A DNA stretch of 60,813 nt, the filler included, from Trichosphaerium sp. ATCC 40318 (Eukaryota > Protista > Tubulinea): NCBI GenBank assembly GCA_038496445.1. It is 3 parts of 3 records of this genome, joined end to end, with 100 filler letters (N's around TTAATTAATTAA, not from the genome) between each part and the next. Parts side by side here need not be neighbours in the genome. Positions count along the whole stretch, not along the records: positions 1 to 24,473 come from JALMLS010000482.1; 2 more parts are not named here. One strand, written 5' to 3'. The position numbers and the translations under genes are program-made. Positions 1 to 11,959 of this stretch are shown piece after piece. How positions within the stretch are numbered: the first letter of the stretch is position 1; each line of letters begins with the position of its first letter. The notes under the pieces are model-generated. The model did not search any database. It saw only the letters and a list, made by a program, of their open reading frames with translations, and was not told where the DNA came from.

Positions 1-1861
1 CGTACCCTTCCTGTGTACTAGAAGGTTCATTTTTTTACCATCAACGATATGCTCTTCTATTTTGGCAATGTTATGGCTTACATCATAACCACGTGCATAT
101 CTAGTCATCTGCTGTTTTTCCAAACTGTTTCGCGAAAGCTTTTCTTGTGAGATGGGTCATGGCTTGGCGATTGACCTGAAACACTCTTAGTGGTACTCTT
201 ATAACCAAAATACGTACCCAAGCATAGTTAGCTGCAGCTGCCATAGCTTTAAGGTAATCTTGACCTTCTTCGCTCTGAATACGCGCCACAACAAGCTAAA
301 ACATTTTAGAAATTGTACCATTATTTACGTTCAACTTGTTACGTTGAACAACTGTTGGTGCCGTGCGACTTTTATTTTATTTTTTCAATCTAAATTACCT
401 GTCTGTCGTTGAGTTGTATTTATCTCTTCGCATACATCTCTCCATCACTCTAACGGCGTCAGAAGCAACCTAGAGTGGTATTAATAAAACAAAGAGATAT
501 CACAATAAAATAAAAAAAAACTGCCGAAAATCTCCAAGTGCAGTACTTGATGACCCAATCCGCGACTCCCACTATGAATAAAAATAACAACTTGACCCTA
601 TAAATAATATTAACAACTAAAACTATCTTTAAGTCCATTACCAGGCGATTGATGCCCATTTTCTTTGCTGCATCAACGTCATAAATCTCATCTACGACCT
701 GAACCTCCGCGTAATGATTACCGGCACCTAAAGTGCCTAACTGAGGCAATCCGCGCTTCTTTGCGCGATCAGACACTTTTGATAGACAGTGAGATTGACA
801 TAGAGATAATTTTTTGTTTGAAACGAGATTTTTTGACACAAAATCAAAAATAAACATAAGTAGGGAAGTACCTTTTGAGGCATCAGCTATTTTCATTCTA
901 CCATGTTCTTCACAATGTTCTTTGTCTTCAGCCCAACCATATCCTTTTTTTATACACCAATCTATGCCGAGGTCAAGAACGTCTTCTATATCCTAGTAGA
1001 ACTCTGTTAAAAAAAAGTACTGCACATTGTCTATGACAGGAAAAAAATTCGTACTTGTGGTGTTGTTGGGATTATACCCTTTGCACCAACGCCTGAAGGT
1101 ATATGATCAAATAAAGACTGTGCAAGGGCATCTTTGTGTTGTAGTACATCTTTCTCCATAAGGTTGGTTCTACACATTACGCCGTTTTAACTTTTTTTTT
1201 TCCTTTTTTTTGAAGATAGGTACCTTATAAGACGCACTCCACAGTTGATGTCAAATCCTACTCCTCCAGGTGATACAACAGCTTCAGGGTTATCCATATC
1301 GAATGCTGCTACATTACCGATAGCGAAACCATAGCTGTTGTTGAACAAAAAATGAGAAAAAATTTTTGTAGTTCTGTGAATTGTGAATGGTTTTATCGTA
1401 CCCAGCGTGAATATCAGGCATACCCATTGAGTGGCCTACTATTCCAGGTAGACTAGCGACGTTTGCAAGTTGTTTAACCTAAATAGTTTATTGTAAGCGT
1501 TAACCAGTCAATAAATGTTGTTTTTGGCGTCTTTACGCTATGAGAACTAATAATAAAGCGTAGAGAATAGTTTATAATGACTGGTATTAATGTGGCTCTA
1601 TTCTTCGGTATAACGTACGGCTGGAACGAAACTGCCAACTTTTCTATCATAAGAAGCTTCTAGCTCATCAAATAATAACGATTTCAGCTCTTCATTAACA
1701 TAAAACCGAGCTTCCACCTTGTAACGATTAACGACTCAATTTAAATGCGCAGGGAGACATACGTTCATGTTTGGCACGAACCCTTTCTTTATTCTGTAAC
1801 GAACGCCATCAATTTGTTCAATAAATGATAATTCTTCTTCTAAGGTGCGTTTAGCAGCCAT
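1..1861 (-). CDS. RTCB: RNA-splicing ligase RtcB (tRNA ligase complex catalytic subunit), multi-exon, 3' end outside window
   Basis: Spliced translation begins [33 protein letters not shown] and contains [36 protein letters not shown] and [17 protein letters not shown], the hallmark eukaryotic RtcB motifs. Confidence 0.97.
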
Positions 1862-2844
1862 TTTGTGATGGTGCTTTTGAAAATATGAGAATCATAAACT
1901 GCTGCAGTTCACTGAAGCTTCTCTTCTGTATTTCTCACTATGTCTCCGAAGAGAATAATGTGTTCCTCAACTAGTGAGATAATTACTCTCACTGAACAAA
2001 CAACTGACTCTTCGTATGGGTGGCCTTGATGCAAACAAACTAAGGTTTTTTGAAGGGAATTAAAATGTGGAAAACAATATTCGCCATATCAACTCTGTAC
2101 ACAGCTTTTGCTTCCGCTGAACTAGTCTACAAACAACATGTGAGCATATCGACACTAATTCTTTGCAGGTTAACAGCAGTTGTAGACCCAGACTTTGAAC
2201 TTGGATTCTACTTTTAATCATCTTGGCTAGTACTAATCCTCACGGCAGCGGGTTGCAGAGTTCTGTTTTGTGACATTCAAGGTAAAGATGTATTCGCGGA
2301 ACCAGTGCCTTTGTTAGGACGTTTGTAGCATTATTTCCGCTCTTTGCTTGCATCGTGGCACTTTGTTTCCTTGCCATCGTAGTGGTCTGTGAGGAGCCTG
2401 GCTAGGAATTTTCCAAAGCGCAGGGACATGTGCATGTGATCAGGGCAGAGTTGTGTTTATGACATCCAGTGCCATAAAGTTTAAGTCACTTTGACCTTGC
2501 GTTGACGGTATTACTTGTGTTTAGTTATTACAAACGCACTACATACAGTGGTAATAACTGTTGTCGTTTGATTATCCTCGCACGTGGAGTAAACATTTAA
2601 ACCCAGCTTTCTCGCTCACTCATTTAGCAGGTATAAACTAATGCTTTAGAACACAAACAAAATGGTTCCTTTTTGTTTATCGTTGCTTTTTTTTAACGCG
2701 GAAGGTTGAACTTCATGTTTCGTGTAAAACACAAAGCTGTTTAGTTAAAAGGAGAACGCCTGTATGAAACGTCACTTTTTCTATTGTAAAATATTCTTTC
2801 TAATTAACACGTGGTAGCTTTGGTAAAGACAACCAAAAGGTAAT

Positions 2845-3549
2845 ATGAGTAAAAAAGTAAAAAAGGAGAACAAGTGTTCTGTGACTTTACTTGATATTCC
2901 ACGTGAACTTCAAGTGTACATCTGCACTTTCAATGCTGAAGCATTTACAAAATTCCATACACTTTCAAAAAGAGCAGCGATCAATACACATTTTGATGAA
3001 GGATTAAAACCAAAAGGGAAATGGATAAGATGGTATAAAAGTGGAAAAGTACAGTCTCACAAATATCAGAATGGACTAAGCGAAGGTTGGTTTGAGAATG
3101 GAAAGCTTTATGTACAATCTATGATGGCTAATTTTACACTTCATGGTGAGAGTAAACAGTGGTATGAAAGCGGACAACTGAAGATACAAAGTATGTGGGT
3201 TGATGGAGCAATGAATGGTCAAGAAACAGAGTGGTATGAAAGTGGAGAACTTAAGGAACAATGTATGTGGGTGAAAGGCAAACAACACGGAGTACATAAT
3301 GAATGGTACAAAAGCGGACAACTGAAAGGACAATATGTGTTTGTTGATGGTAAACAACACGGTGAAACTAAAAAGTGGTACAAAAATGGACAACTTCAAA
3401 TACAATGTATGTTTGTTGATGGCAAGAAACATGGTGAACTCAAAGAGTGGTATGACAATGGACAACTTAAGTTACAAAGTACATGGACAGATGGTAGTCA
3501 CCGTGGCAAAGCCAAAAAGTGGCATAAAGATGGACAACGTAAATTTTAA
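2845..3549 (+). CDS. Intronless protein: basic N-terminus, F-box-like motif, MORN_2 (YwqK-like) repeats
   Basis: 234-aa ORF. LLDIPRELQVYICTF resembles an F-box start and is followed by ~24-aa repeats G-x-x-K-x-W-Y-x-S/N-G-Q-L-K-x-Q-x-x-W/F-V-D-G. Confidence 0.85.
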   Translation: MSKKVKKENKCSVTLLDIPRELQVYICTFNAEAFTKFHTLSKRAAINTHFDEGLKPKGKWIRWYKSGKVQSHKYQNGLSEGWFENGKLYVQSMMANFTLHGESKQWYESGQLKIQSMWVDGAMNGQETEWYESGELKEQCMWVKGKQHGVHNEWYKSGQLKGQYVFVDGKQHGETKKWYKNGQLQIQCMFVDGKKHGELKEWYDNGQLKLQSTWTDGSHRGKAKKWHKDGQRKF

Positions 3550-4183
3550 AATGCAATGAAGATGTTGCAGTATGATATTTCTTTTGAACGTTTTACAATA
3601 AATCTATTTTATAACAATGGCCAACAAAGTAAGTAATACTTCTCTTGCTGTACCCATTAGGTTAGTAGGTTTGGCTATAGTGTTTTCCATTCTTCTTGGG
3701 TTTTGATGGCTTTAGTATTCTTTCCTCTAAGTACTGCTAATTGACCAGGTATTGTCAACGTAGGTACACTATAGGTTTACTTTTAATGAGTTGAATGCCA
3801 TTGAATTGTACCATAAATAATGTGGTTTGCCAACTACTAAAGCAACCAGAATGAACGCTAAGTAATTATTATGATGTTATTGATATTGGCTGGGACAATA
3901 TAGATGACTGTGGTGACGATTAATGAAGATAAAGTGTAAGTTTGTACTTGAGGTTTCAAGACCTAGTGGTCTCTAAATAACAAAAAAGAACAAGCAAACT
4001 CTTTGCAAGTTTTGTGGTTTGCTTGATCAAACTTCAGAATTAGATGCAGTTCATTATAATTGTTAAATAAAGAATCACAAGTTTGTAATACGAGTTTTAT
4101 TGTTTTATTTGAAATTGTATTTGATTAATCAGTTGTGACTTTTTCGAAAAAGTTTAGTTCAGAATGACCTTTCAGACTCTTCT

Positions 4184-5482
4184 TCAACATAACCTGTAGC
4201 CACAACTTGTAAACATACTAAGCATATTATCGCCAATGGATTGCTCAAGAGCAGCTTTTGGAGGTGTAAAATAGATACTTGTTGCTAAACCAGCTCCGAC
4301 TCTAACTGTATATGGTATTGCCGCAGGTGGAGGAGGAGGACATTGCGCTAGTGGACTAAATAATTTATTTGTATTTTCTTTCAAATGAAAACGCACAGTG
4401 CCAATACAACGGGAAGAACATTGACTTCTTTTGGAATACTAGCGCATATTTCGTGTAGGATGATTGGATTCCCTTTGTCTTTTTTGGTTTGCTAAAGAGA
4501 AGTTTAGTGGTAAGCAATCTAGGGTTTAAACTCACAATAAACATAGGTAGTTGATTACGAGTCGCAAACTTAACCCTCTTCGTATCCCATCCGAAATGAA
4601 ACACATGTTTGAAGTTCTGAGTACAATTAGCTAACCAAAAAAACTAACAAAAAACGTACTTGTGGTATCGAAATTTGAGGGTTAGCTCTCTCCTTGCCTC
4701 CCTTTGTCTTTGGTTTCTTACTGAACAAACTAATGCTTTTCGTTACTTTGTACAATCTACCTGTCTACAGGTACAAAGCGTTAATGTAACGTTCACGGTA
4801 GAATTAAATTGAAGAACTTGTACTTTTTTGTTGGATTTCCTAATTGCTTGCTTTCCGTTTTCACAATGTTTAGGTGTAGGTGCTCCCATCATCTTACAAC
4901 AAGCAACTTTCTCAAGAAAAGCAGCAGCTTCGCCAGCATCCGCAAAAGACCTATTGATCAAGTTTAGATCAAGTGCAAGGAAAAAAAAAAGACAGAACAT
5001 GTACAAGCCAGATACCCAATTGTCGGTCTCGAACACGTGGAAAAAATCATCAGGTGAAGCATAAGTAAACCAAAATACATCTCTTGAGAGAATATAACTG
5101 TATTATCCTACATCCATGCCTCAGAAACCAAATCACGAGTTTCACAGAATAAAAAAAAGAATGCAGAAGACTTTAGTTTATAGTTTCCAGATTATTTTTA
5201 CTTGGTTTAAACGTACCTTTAAATTGATTAGCTTGATGTAGTGAGAACGGTTTTCTTTGCTTGTGGCTACAAGAAGTTACCAATTATACTGGAAATGAGA
5301 GTAGATCTCGCCAACGGTTACAGCGCCAACCAGCCCACTGAATTCCCATTCGCCTGTTGCCGCATACAAGACTACCATGTACCTGCGAAAGCTCAGCAAG
5401 CCCTACCCTTGAGTTACGGGGATCGGCGTACCTTTTTACAAGCCATAAAATTAAGAATTATTTCCTTACAATTAGTTGACAT
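4184..5482 (-). CDS. WASP-family protein (WH1 + CRIB + short poly-Pro), possibly degenerate or truncated
   Basis: Exons give LYAATGEWEFSGLVGAV, SHYIKLINLK, TYASPDDFFHVFETDNWVSGL and SFADAGEAAAFLEKV (WH1). The CRIB motif ISIPQ|NFKHVFHFGWD is followed by CPPPPP. I could not find a clean frame at exon 1/2 or after the CRIB, and no clear WH2/VCA. Confidence 0.7.
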
Positions 5483-6789
5483 TGCGTAATTTTTATGTTG
5501 ACAAACAAAAACGAGTGATTCAGGCCGAAACTGAAGTCGTTCTACATGCCCACAAACTGAAGACCGAAATTAGGATCTTTTCTTTCCACCACTGCGTGAA
5601 CAAGCGTTGTGCAAACCACTCACAAGAGAGTTGATACTTCTAGGTTGGTTAGCTAATACCGTTACGGCTAATCATAGCCAACAAAGACTTGCTTCACCGA
5701 CCGTGGCCTAACAAAGCCTGTTTACAAGGCATAGTGTGCCAAAACAGTTTATTACTCATTGAAACAGCGCAACAGTCTATATGTTTGGTCTTTGAATCAG
5801 CAAACGAAAGAGTTGAATAAAAATACCTGGGATAGTCAGTTATTGGTACTGACTGGCTGACTTGTACTTTCCATAGATCTAGCTGTGCGCCGGCAGAATA
5901 GTTGTGAATCAATCACGTCTTTTCACAAAAGAAACCACGGTAGTACACAATACCGGATAATTTCAACTTGAGTGGCCATAATCATATTAGATACCTTCGA
6001 GATGACACAACACTTCCTACCAATCGTTACTTTACTTCTTACAACCATATTTTGTTCTGTGCTTTGTGAAGAAGAAGGTAAATGTACATTCAAATGGTGC
6101 TCTCGAAAGTACACGCTCCGTTCAACAGAGACAGGAGGTAATGCCACCACAAAATAAATGCAATTGACTGTTGTTTAGGCTTTGTCACTGATAAGATATA
6201 TTGCAGTGACTATTGGGGAAGCTGCCCATCATTCTCTTTGAAAGTATGTACTTGTTGTTTTACCTAGAAATCACGTGACAAGTTTTAGGTCAGAGGCGAA
6301 AAAGAAGAGTTGTTTAGAATATCTGGGTCCAAAACATGCAAACGGTGTAACAAGCGTACCCAAGATGGCAAAAAATGTAATGACTATGCACACGATCTTT
6401 CTGTAGACGTTGATCAATCAGTGTACAGGTGTAATTAGGCACTAACCCTGTTCTTTGTGGATTAGTGTAATTGTTGATGTGCAATTGTAAACGTATTGCA
6501 ATATAAAACGCGATTAGTATTAGATAAGTCTTTTAGTTTATTTATCAGCAAGTTTGTTCTACACTACCAACTGCCTTTGAATAACAAAGACATTATATCG
6601 CTAACAATTCAAAATTGGAAAATAGCAGTTCACAAGCTTCACAACATTTTGTTCAAGTAACAGCGCTCTAAGGCTTATTGAAAATGCAAAGAAATGTCTA
6701 TGATCGCATTTGTTTTACTTGCAACTACTCGCTTAGATAACAACAAGCATCTGTGATAGCAGGGGTAAGATCCATTTATTTACTAGAGT

Positions 6790-7642
6790 TTAGTGACAAA
6801 CAGAGCACAAACACTTTCTTTGGGTGCCAGTAGGTGTGGTAACAATAGTACGGGTACAACCTTCAGGATCATGGAATCCAAGTGCTGTTAAGCGACCAAC
6901 ACAGCTAATATCTCGGCAAGGTGGTAAAAAGCTTGGTGCACATGTTTGTTCCCTCAAGGTTTGGTCTCTTGGAACACAAATACAATCGCGAATTGGAGCT
7001 AGAGACCACCAAATTAGTATGAAGATCGCGAACTTCAAGCAATGGTATTACATACCTGTTGCTGTTCCTCTGTTAACCCGCATACAACCTGTATCTTGAC
7101 CAGTTATAGCGCCTCTACGACGGCATGAGTTGTCCTGACATACGCCTGTTGATAGAAGCTCGCAGCAAGGTTTGTCGTCACAGATAATACATTGACAACC
7201 TTCAGTTGTAGGCCAACACTGGCCATCAAAGAAACCTATCGCTTGCATTCTCGCTTGGCAAGATAAATCAGTACATCCTGTGGCTGTTCTCTCGCAGGTC
7301 TGGAGCACTAAGGCTGGTTCATCTACAACACAGGCACAACGTTTTTCAGTCACGCCAGCTATTGAATTGTGAGTGAATTTGAACTGTTTGTATAGTTACT
7401 AGGATCGCCCTCTTGCGTACCTCCTATAATTTTCTTCATCAATTTACAGAACGTTGGTAAGCCTCCACCAAGTCCAGAGCAAGTAACATCACTACAACTA
7501 TCTGTAATAGGATCGTACTTACAGCATTCCTTTGAAGATACCTAACCAATTGTTATGGTTCGAAACTGTTCATTGTGTTGAAGTATAGCCTTACAATAAC
7601 TAACAGAGCAAAGCAGACGAAAAGATGTAAACGCATAATCAT
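6790..7642 (-). CDS. Secreted cysteine-rich protein with four tandem Cys modules
   Basis: Signal peptide MRLHLFVCFALLVI. Spliced exons give four units C-x-D-x-[ST]-C ... C ... C-x-C, e.g. CTDLSCQARMQAIGFFDGQCWPTTEGCQC and CRDISCVGRLTALGFHDPEGC...CLC. Confidence 0.8.
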
Positions 7643-8071
7643 TTTTGGCTTTTTAAAAAAACGCCCAAATAAATCACGTGAACAAAATCTGTTTACTGAA
7701 TATTTAGATAACGACCTAAAACCAGCATGGAAAACTTGCGTCACGCTTGCCCAATAATTGCGGGCCTTTACTGTCGGTTATTTTCACTTATGGGAAGCGG
7801 AGAAAAGGGCAAAATTAGGCGCGTTTGGTTTGTTCATGCGAGTTTTCGGTTTTTTATGAATTGGTTTCACTTCTGTTGAAATGCATTGCATGCCAATACG
7901 CGCCAGAGAAGGAACTGATTTAGGGTATAAATAATTGGATTCCGAAGATAAAAAACATAGCATTAGGTTAAACCAGTTGTGTTTTCTGAAACATTGGAAG
8001 AAAAATGAGGCAGCGCAAACACAAAATAATAATTTTTTCAACCTACGCATTGATTGGGTGTTGAGAAAATT

Positions 8072-11000
8072 TTATTCTTGACGATAAGCTACAGCAAGAG
8101 GCGAATGCATAGCCTGTGTAGATACAGGAATCTCAATAGTGGTTGATCCCAAACCAAAAGCTGTCGCTTTTAAAACAATGTTGACAAGATTTGCGTTTGG
8201 ATCAGTAACAACCTTTGTAACTACCCCACCGTCAACATCTATTTCTTTCTGAAGTTCTCTGTCGTCCGTAACATGATTTTCAGTAACTTGAACAACAGCA
8301 CGGGCAAGCCCATGGTATGTTGTTCTTTTCTTAGCTTTGTTTTTTTCATGTGATCCTGAATCACCATTACCGACACCAATAACCACACCAGGTCCTGAAG
8401 TTACAGAAAATGTAATAGATATACTGCTAGAGGTACAAAGACGTCCCTACGAAAAAACACAGTAAGCAAACGGGCAGAATTCACGTGAAAGCAAGAAAAG
8501 ACTTCAGGTAGTTTTTCAGTGAATAACAAACGAAGAATACCTCTGCGTCAATTACTTCGGCTCTTACAAGAGCGACATCTTGTCCATCTGCGTATAATGA
8601 TGTTCCTGTTCCGGTAGCAACTGATGGAGCATCCAAGGATAACCTTATAGACTTTGGAGCTCCTGGAGTTGTAATACTGTGCTCTGCTATTTTTCTTCCA
8701 TCGTGACTGTATCCAACAGCTTTGAGCGTTCCTGCTTTGAACGATACATTATTCCATTGTGTCCAATTAGCCCAACCCATCTGTCTAACACCGAGGCTCT
8801 TCCCGTTAAGTAACAACTCATTCACTGGAGCGTTACTGTAGACAGAAATGTAAGGCGGACTAACTTTTCCGTCCCAAACTTGTTGTATTTCGATTGTGTC
8901 ACATTGAGGTAGATCAGGACGACCATAATCAGATTCAGTAATGTTACACAGCCACCAAGATCGATACCTAAACAAGATTAAGAATGACAATAAGGGGTGA
9001 GGAACATAGGCAAATAATAAAAAGTAGAAAAGAAAAACATTTGTCGAATTTGCACGTGTTTTTGAAAGAAAAAAATGCGAAAAAAAAACCAGGCATACCA
9101 TGCTACTGCGCCTTTGGCGAAACCTGCCAGGTCAAAAATACCGTAATTGCAAGATACTTGAGGCCAATTATGCGGTGTAGGTTCTCCAATATAATCAAAT
9201 AAAGTCCAAACGCCCAAAGTTCCTGCAATATATTCTTTAATACTTCCAGTTGTTGGATCATAAGCTTTAGTCCATGACTGCTGACATCCGGTCCTTTCAC
9301 CTTTCGAGCAAAACCACCATGATAAACAAGGCCCATCAAAGCTACTGCTAAAAGCTCCAGCACTTGCGTTGACGATATTCTCGCCACGTTGAATTGGACA
9401 AGAAGATGACTCGGAAGATACCATCGGAGTGTTAGGATTTGCTTTATGGAATGTATCAAAGTCTAAAGAAAAGTGACTGTATCCTTGTACGTCTAGGTCT
9501 TTGGATAAGTCTTGGCTACTTGGAGGATCCATATTCGCTGATACAGGTCTCATCTTGTCGTATTGTTTTACTTGCAAATATGTCAGAAAGTCACTTTCAT
9601 TATGATAGTAAAATTGAGGCGCACCTGCATCTCTGAAGGCTTGTCCAGTACTAGCATCCAATTGATAACACTCTACTTCATTACAGAATGACCATATGAC
9701 TATGGAGGCGTGGTTCCTATCTCTCATAACCATATCAGACATATGACCGACTAAACGATAAACGATTAGTACACAGCAACCTTTCTAGAAAGAGACAAGA
9801 AAAAATCAAAACTTCAATGATGGTACTCACCTTGATATTTGGTATAATCCCTGTTTTCATCCCAACACATTATACCCAAACTATCGAGTATGTCATAAGC
9901 AACAGGGTCGCCAGGATTATGACTCATTCTCCATGAATTACCGCCAACACGACGTAACATCTGAGCTCTGTAGAGATTGATACGTGCTTGAACTGCAGTA
10001 CCAACACCAGCGAAATCATTGTGATCAGAAAATCCTCTAAAAATAGTATGCTTCTCGTTAAGGAAGAATCCATGATTTGCATCCCATCTAGTCGATCTGA
10101 AACCTACTGTGGTATCATCATTATCCAATGAATTACCGGCACTGTCCATTACAGTTACTTTAACATGATAGAGGTATGTTTTTTTTATCGACCATAAATG
10201 AGGCTTAGCATAGACCATAGAGGCTGCTATTGATGCTGTTCCGTTAATTGCTAGAGTTCCATTTACTGATGCGGTTTTGATTAAGACATAGGTATCGTCC
10301 ATGAGAGTAAAGACAACATGCACCTGAGTATCCGTTGATTTTGTGTTTCGAAGTACTATTTCAGGTTTTAATGTCACAGAAGTGAGGTCTTGGTTCATCG
10401 TGTACGGCACGTATAGAGAATATGGATCTATAAATACATCCTCAGTACGTGTTAACCATACATGACGATACAAACCGCCACCTTCATACCTAAATAAACA
10501 TAAGAATTCAAAGTAAAATAGGTAAACGAAAAAAAGAGAACTTCCACAACAGCTTCAAGATAATGACGGCCAAAGCTCATTTTGGTGTTGCTCAAATTGA
10601 TCCACAAGAACACGTGGAAACTAAAAAGTAGTAGAATAAACAACGTTCGTACCAATGTCCTGTTCCAAAGGTTGCATCTATGCGAATAGCGATGACATTA
10701 GTGATTGTAGGATCCAAGTATTTATCAATACGATCAACTGGACTTGTATATCCTGAACTGTGTTCTGCTACAAACTTTCCATTGATCCATACCTCCATCA
10801 CATGGAAAGCGCCATCAAAAGTGATAAATATACGAGAGTTACCTAGTAGAAGCAAGTAAGAAACTTGGAGTACTGACACCGGGAAAAGCACTGTGATTCA
10901 CTGTGTTTTTTTGACTAAAGTTGGTTTGTTATTGTCGTGCCTCCAGCCCAAGCCTCTGGTACTTTAAAGTGTTTTCTGTACCAACCAACACCACGTGGGA

Positions 11001-11571
11001 GATATCCATGCCTGTCATTGGCAGTTTGAGAAAAGTCTCCATGTATAACAAAGTCATGTGGAACATCAATAACGTCCCATTTACTGTCATCAAAGTTTGC
11101 ATCAGAGAACGGGAAAGCCATTTTCGGCGGTACAACACGTTGACCGCCATTAGCCTTTCCACCACTCTTACATGTTACATCGCTTCCCAAGAAGCATCTG
11201 TTGTCCTCTAGTAACAATATTAGACTAAACACACGCTTGTACTGAAGGTGTAGTGCTTTTTTCGGTTTTTTTTTGGCGTTATTTGTTAACTTTTGCGTAC
11301 CATAGTACCACGTGGTACAACCTGGGTGATATACGCCGGAACAACAAGCTAGTTGACAATCGACGTCGTCGTGAACTGGGCAGTAAGAAATATCACCTGT
11401 GCACGTGACTTTAGTTAAAGTCTTGCTGAAAGAGCAGTTTGGAGCGGCTTTTGAATCGTCTCCCAAATGAAAGCGCCAGCCAAAATCAAATGACACGCGA
11501 TCACGTGGGGCGCACGTAGCGAGTGAAAATAAGCACAGCAGAGTAACCGCTGCGATAAAAAATGGCTTCAT
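8072..11571 (-). CDS. Secreted glycoside hydrolase family 2 (beta-galactosidase-like)
   Basis: Signal peptide MKPFFIAAVTLLCLF, then SFDFGWRFHLGD, VPHDF, GVGWYRKHF, WRMSHNP, RDRNHASIVIWSFCNE (acid/base Glu), PMVSSE (nucleophile), WTLFDYIGEP and C-terminal Ig-like domains (LYADGQDVAL, GVGNGD). Confidence 0.95.
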
Positions 11572-11959
11572 TTGTTCCTGTAGCCCTAATAACCGTTTAG
11601 ATACCATATACCGCCAAAAAACCCACAATTAAAGGCCTAAGAGAATAAGGCGAAAACTTTTCTCACCGTTAAAGCTACCAATAAAAAACGCACGTGTTTA
11701 CTAAAGTATGTTTCGGCAAGGTATGTTAATGCTGTATAACCAACCGGTTTAGTGGGAACAGACAGCACTTTTGCAAGTCACGTTTTGTCTTTCAAATGTT
11801 CTCACAACTTTTCAAAGTTTCAAGTGGCACTTTATCTCGTATTGTACCACGCAGTAAAATAATTTTATTGTGTATGTTTTTTAGATTATCCTAGTTAGAC
11901 TTTTTTGTTCAAAACAACTGGAGCAAAGCTCTACAAGATTTAAAAGAAACTAGCAAGAT

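Noticed and set aside
2065-2440. Small membrane protein starting MWKTIFAISTL
   Set aside because: Spliced frame hits stops early and has no recognisable domain; at best a pseudogene.
2845-3549. Bacterial YwqJK toxin-antitoxin system or contaminant
   Set aside because: No adjacent toxin; flanked by intron-rich eukaryotic genes; the paralogue has a spliceosomal intron.
5694-6450. Minus-strand coding-like fragments
   Set aside because: No consistent frame or motif; cannot be supported.
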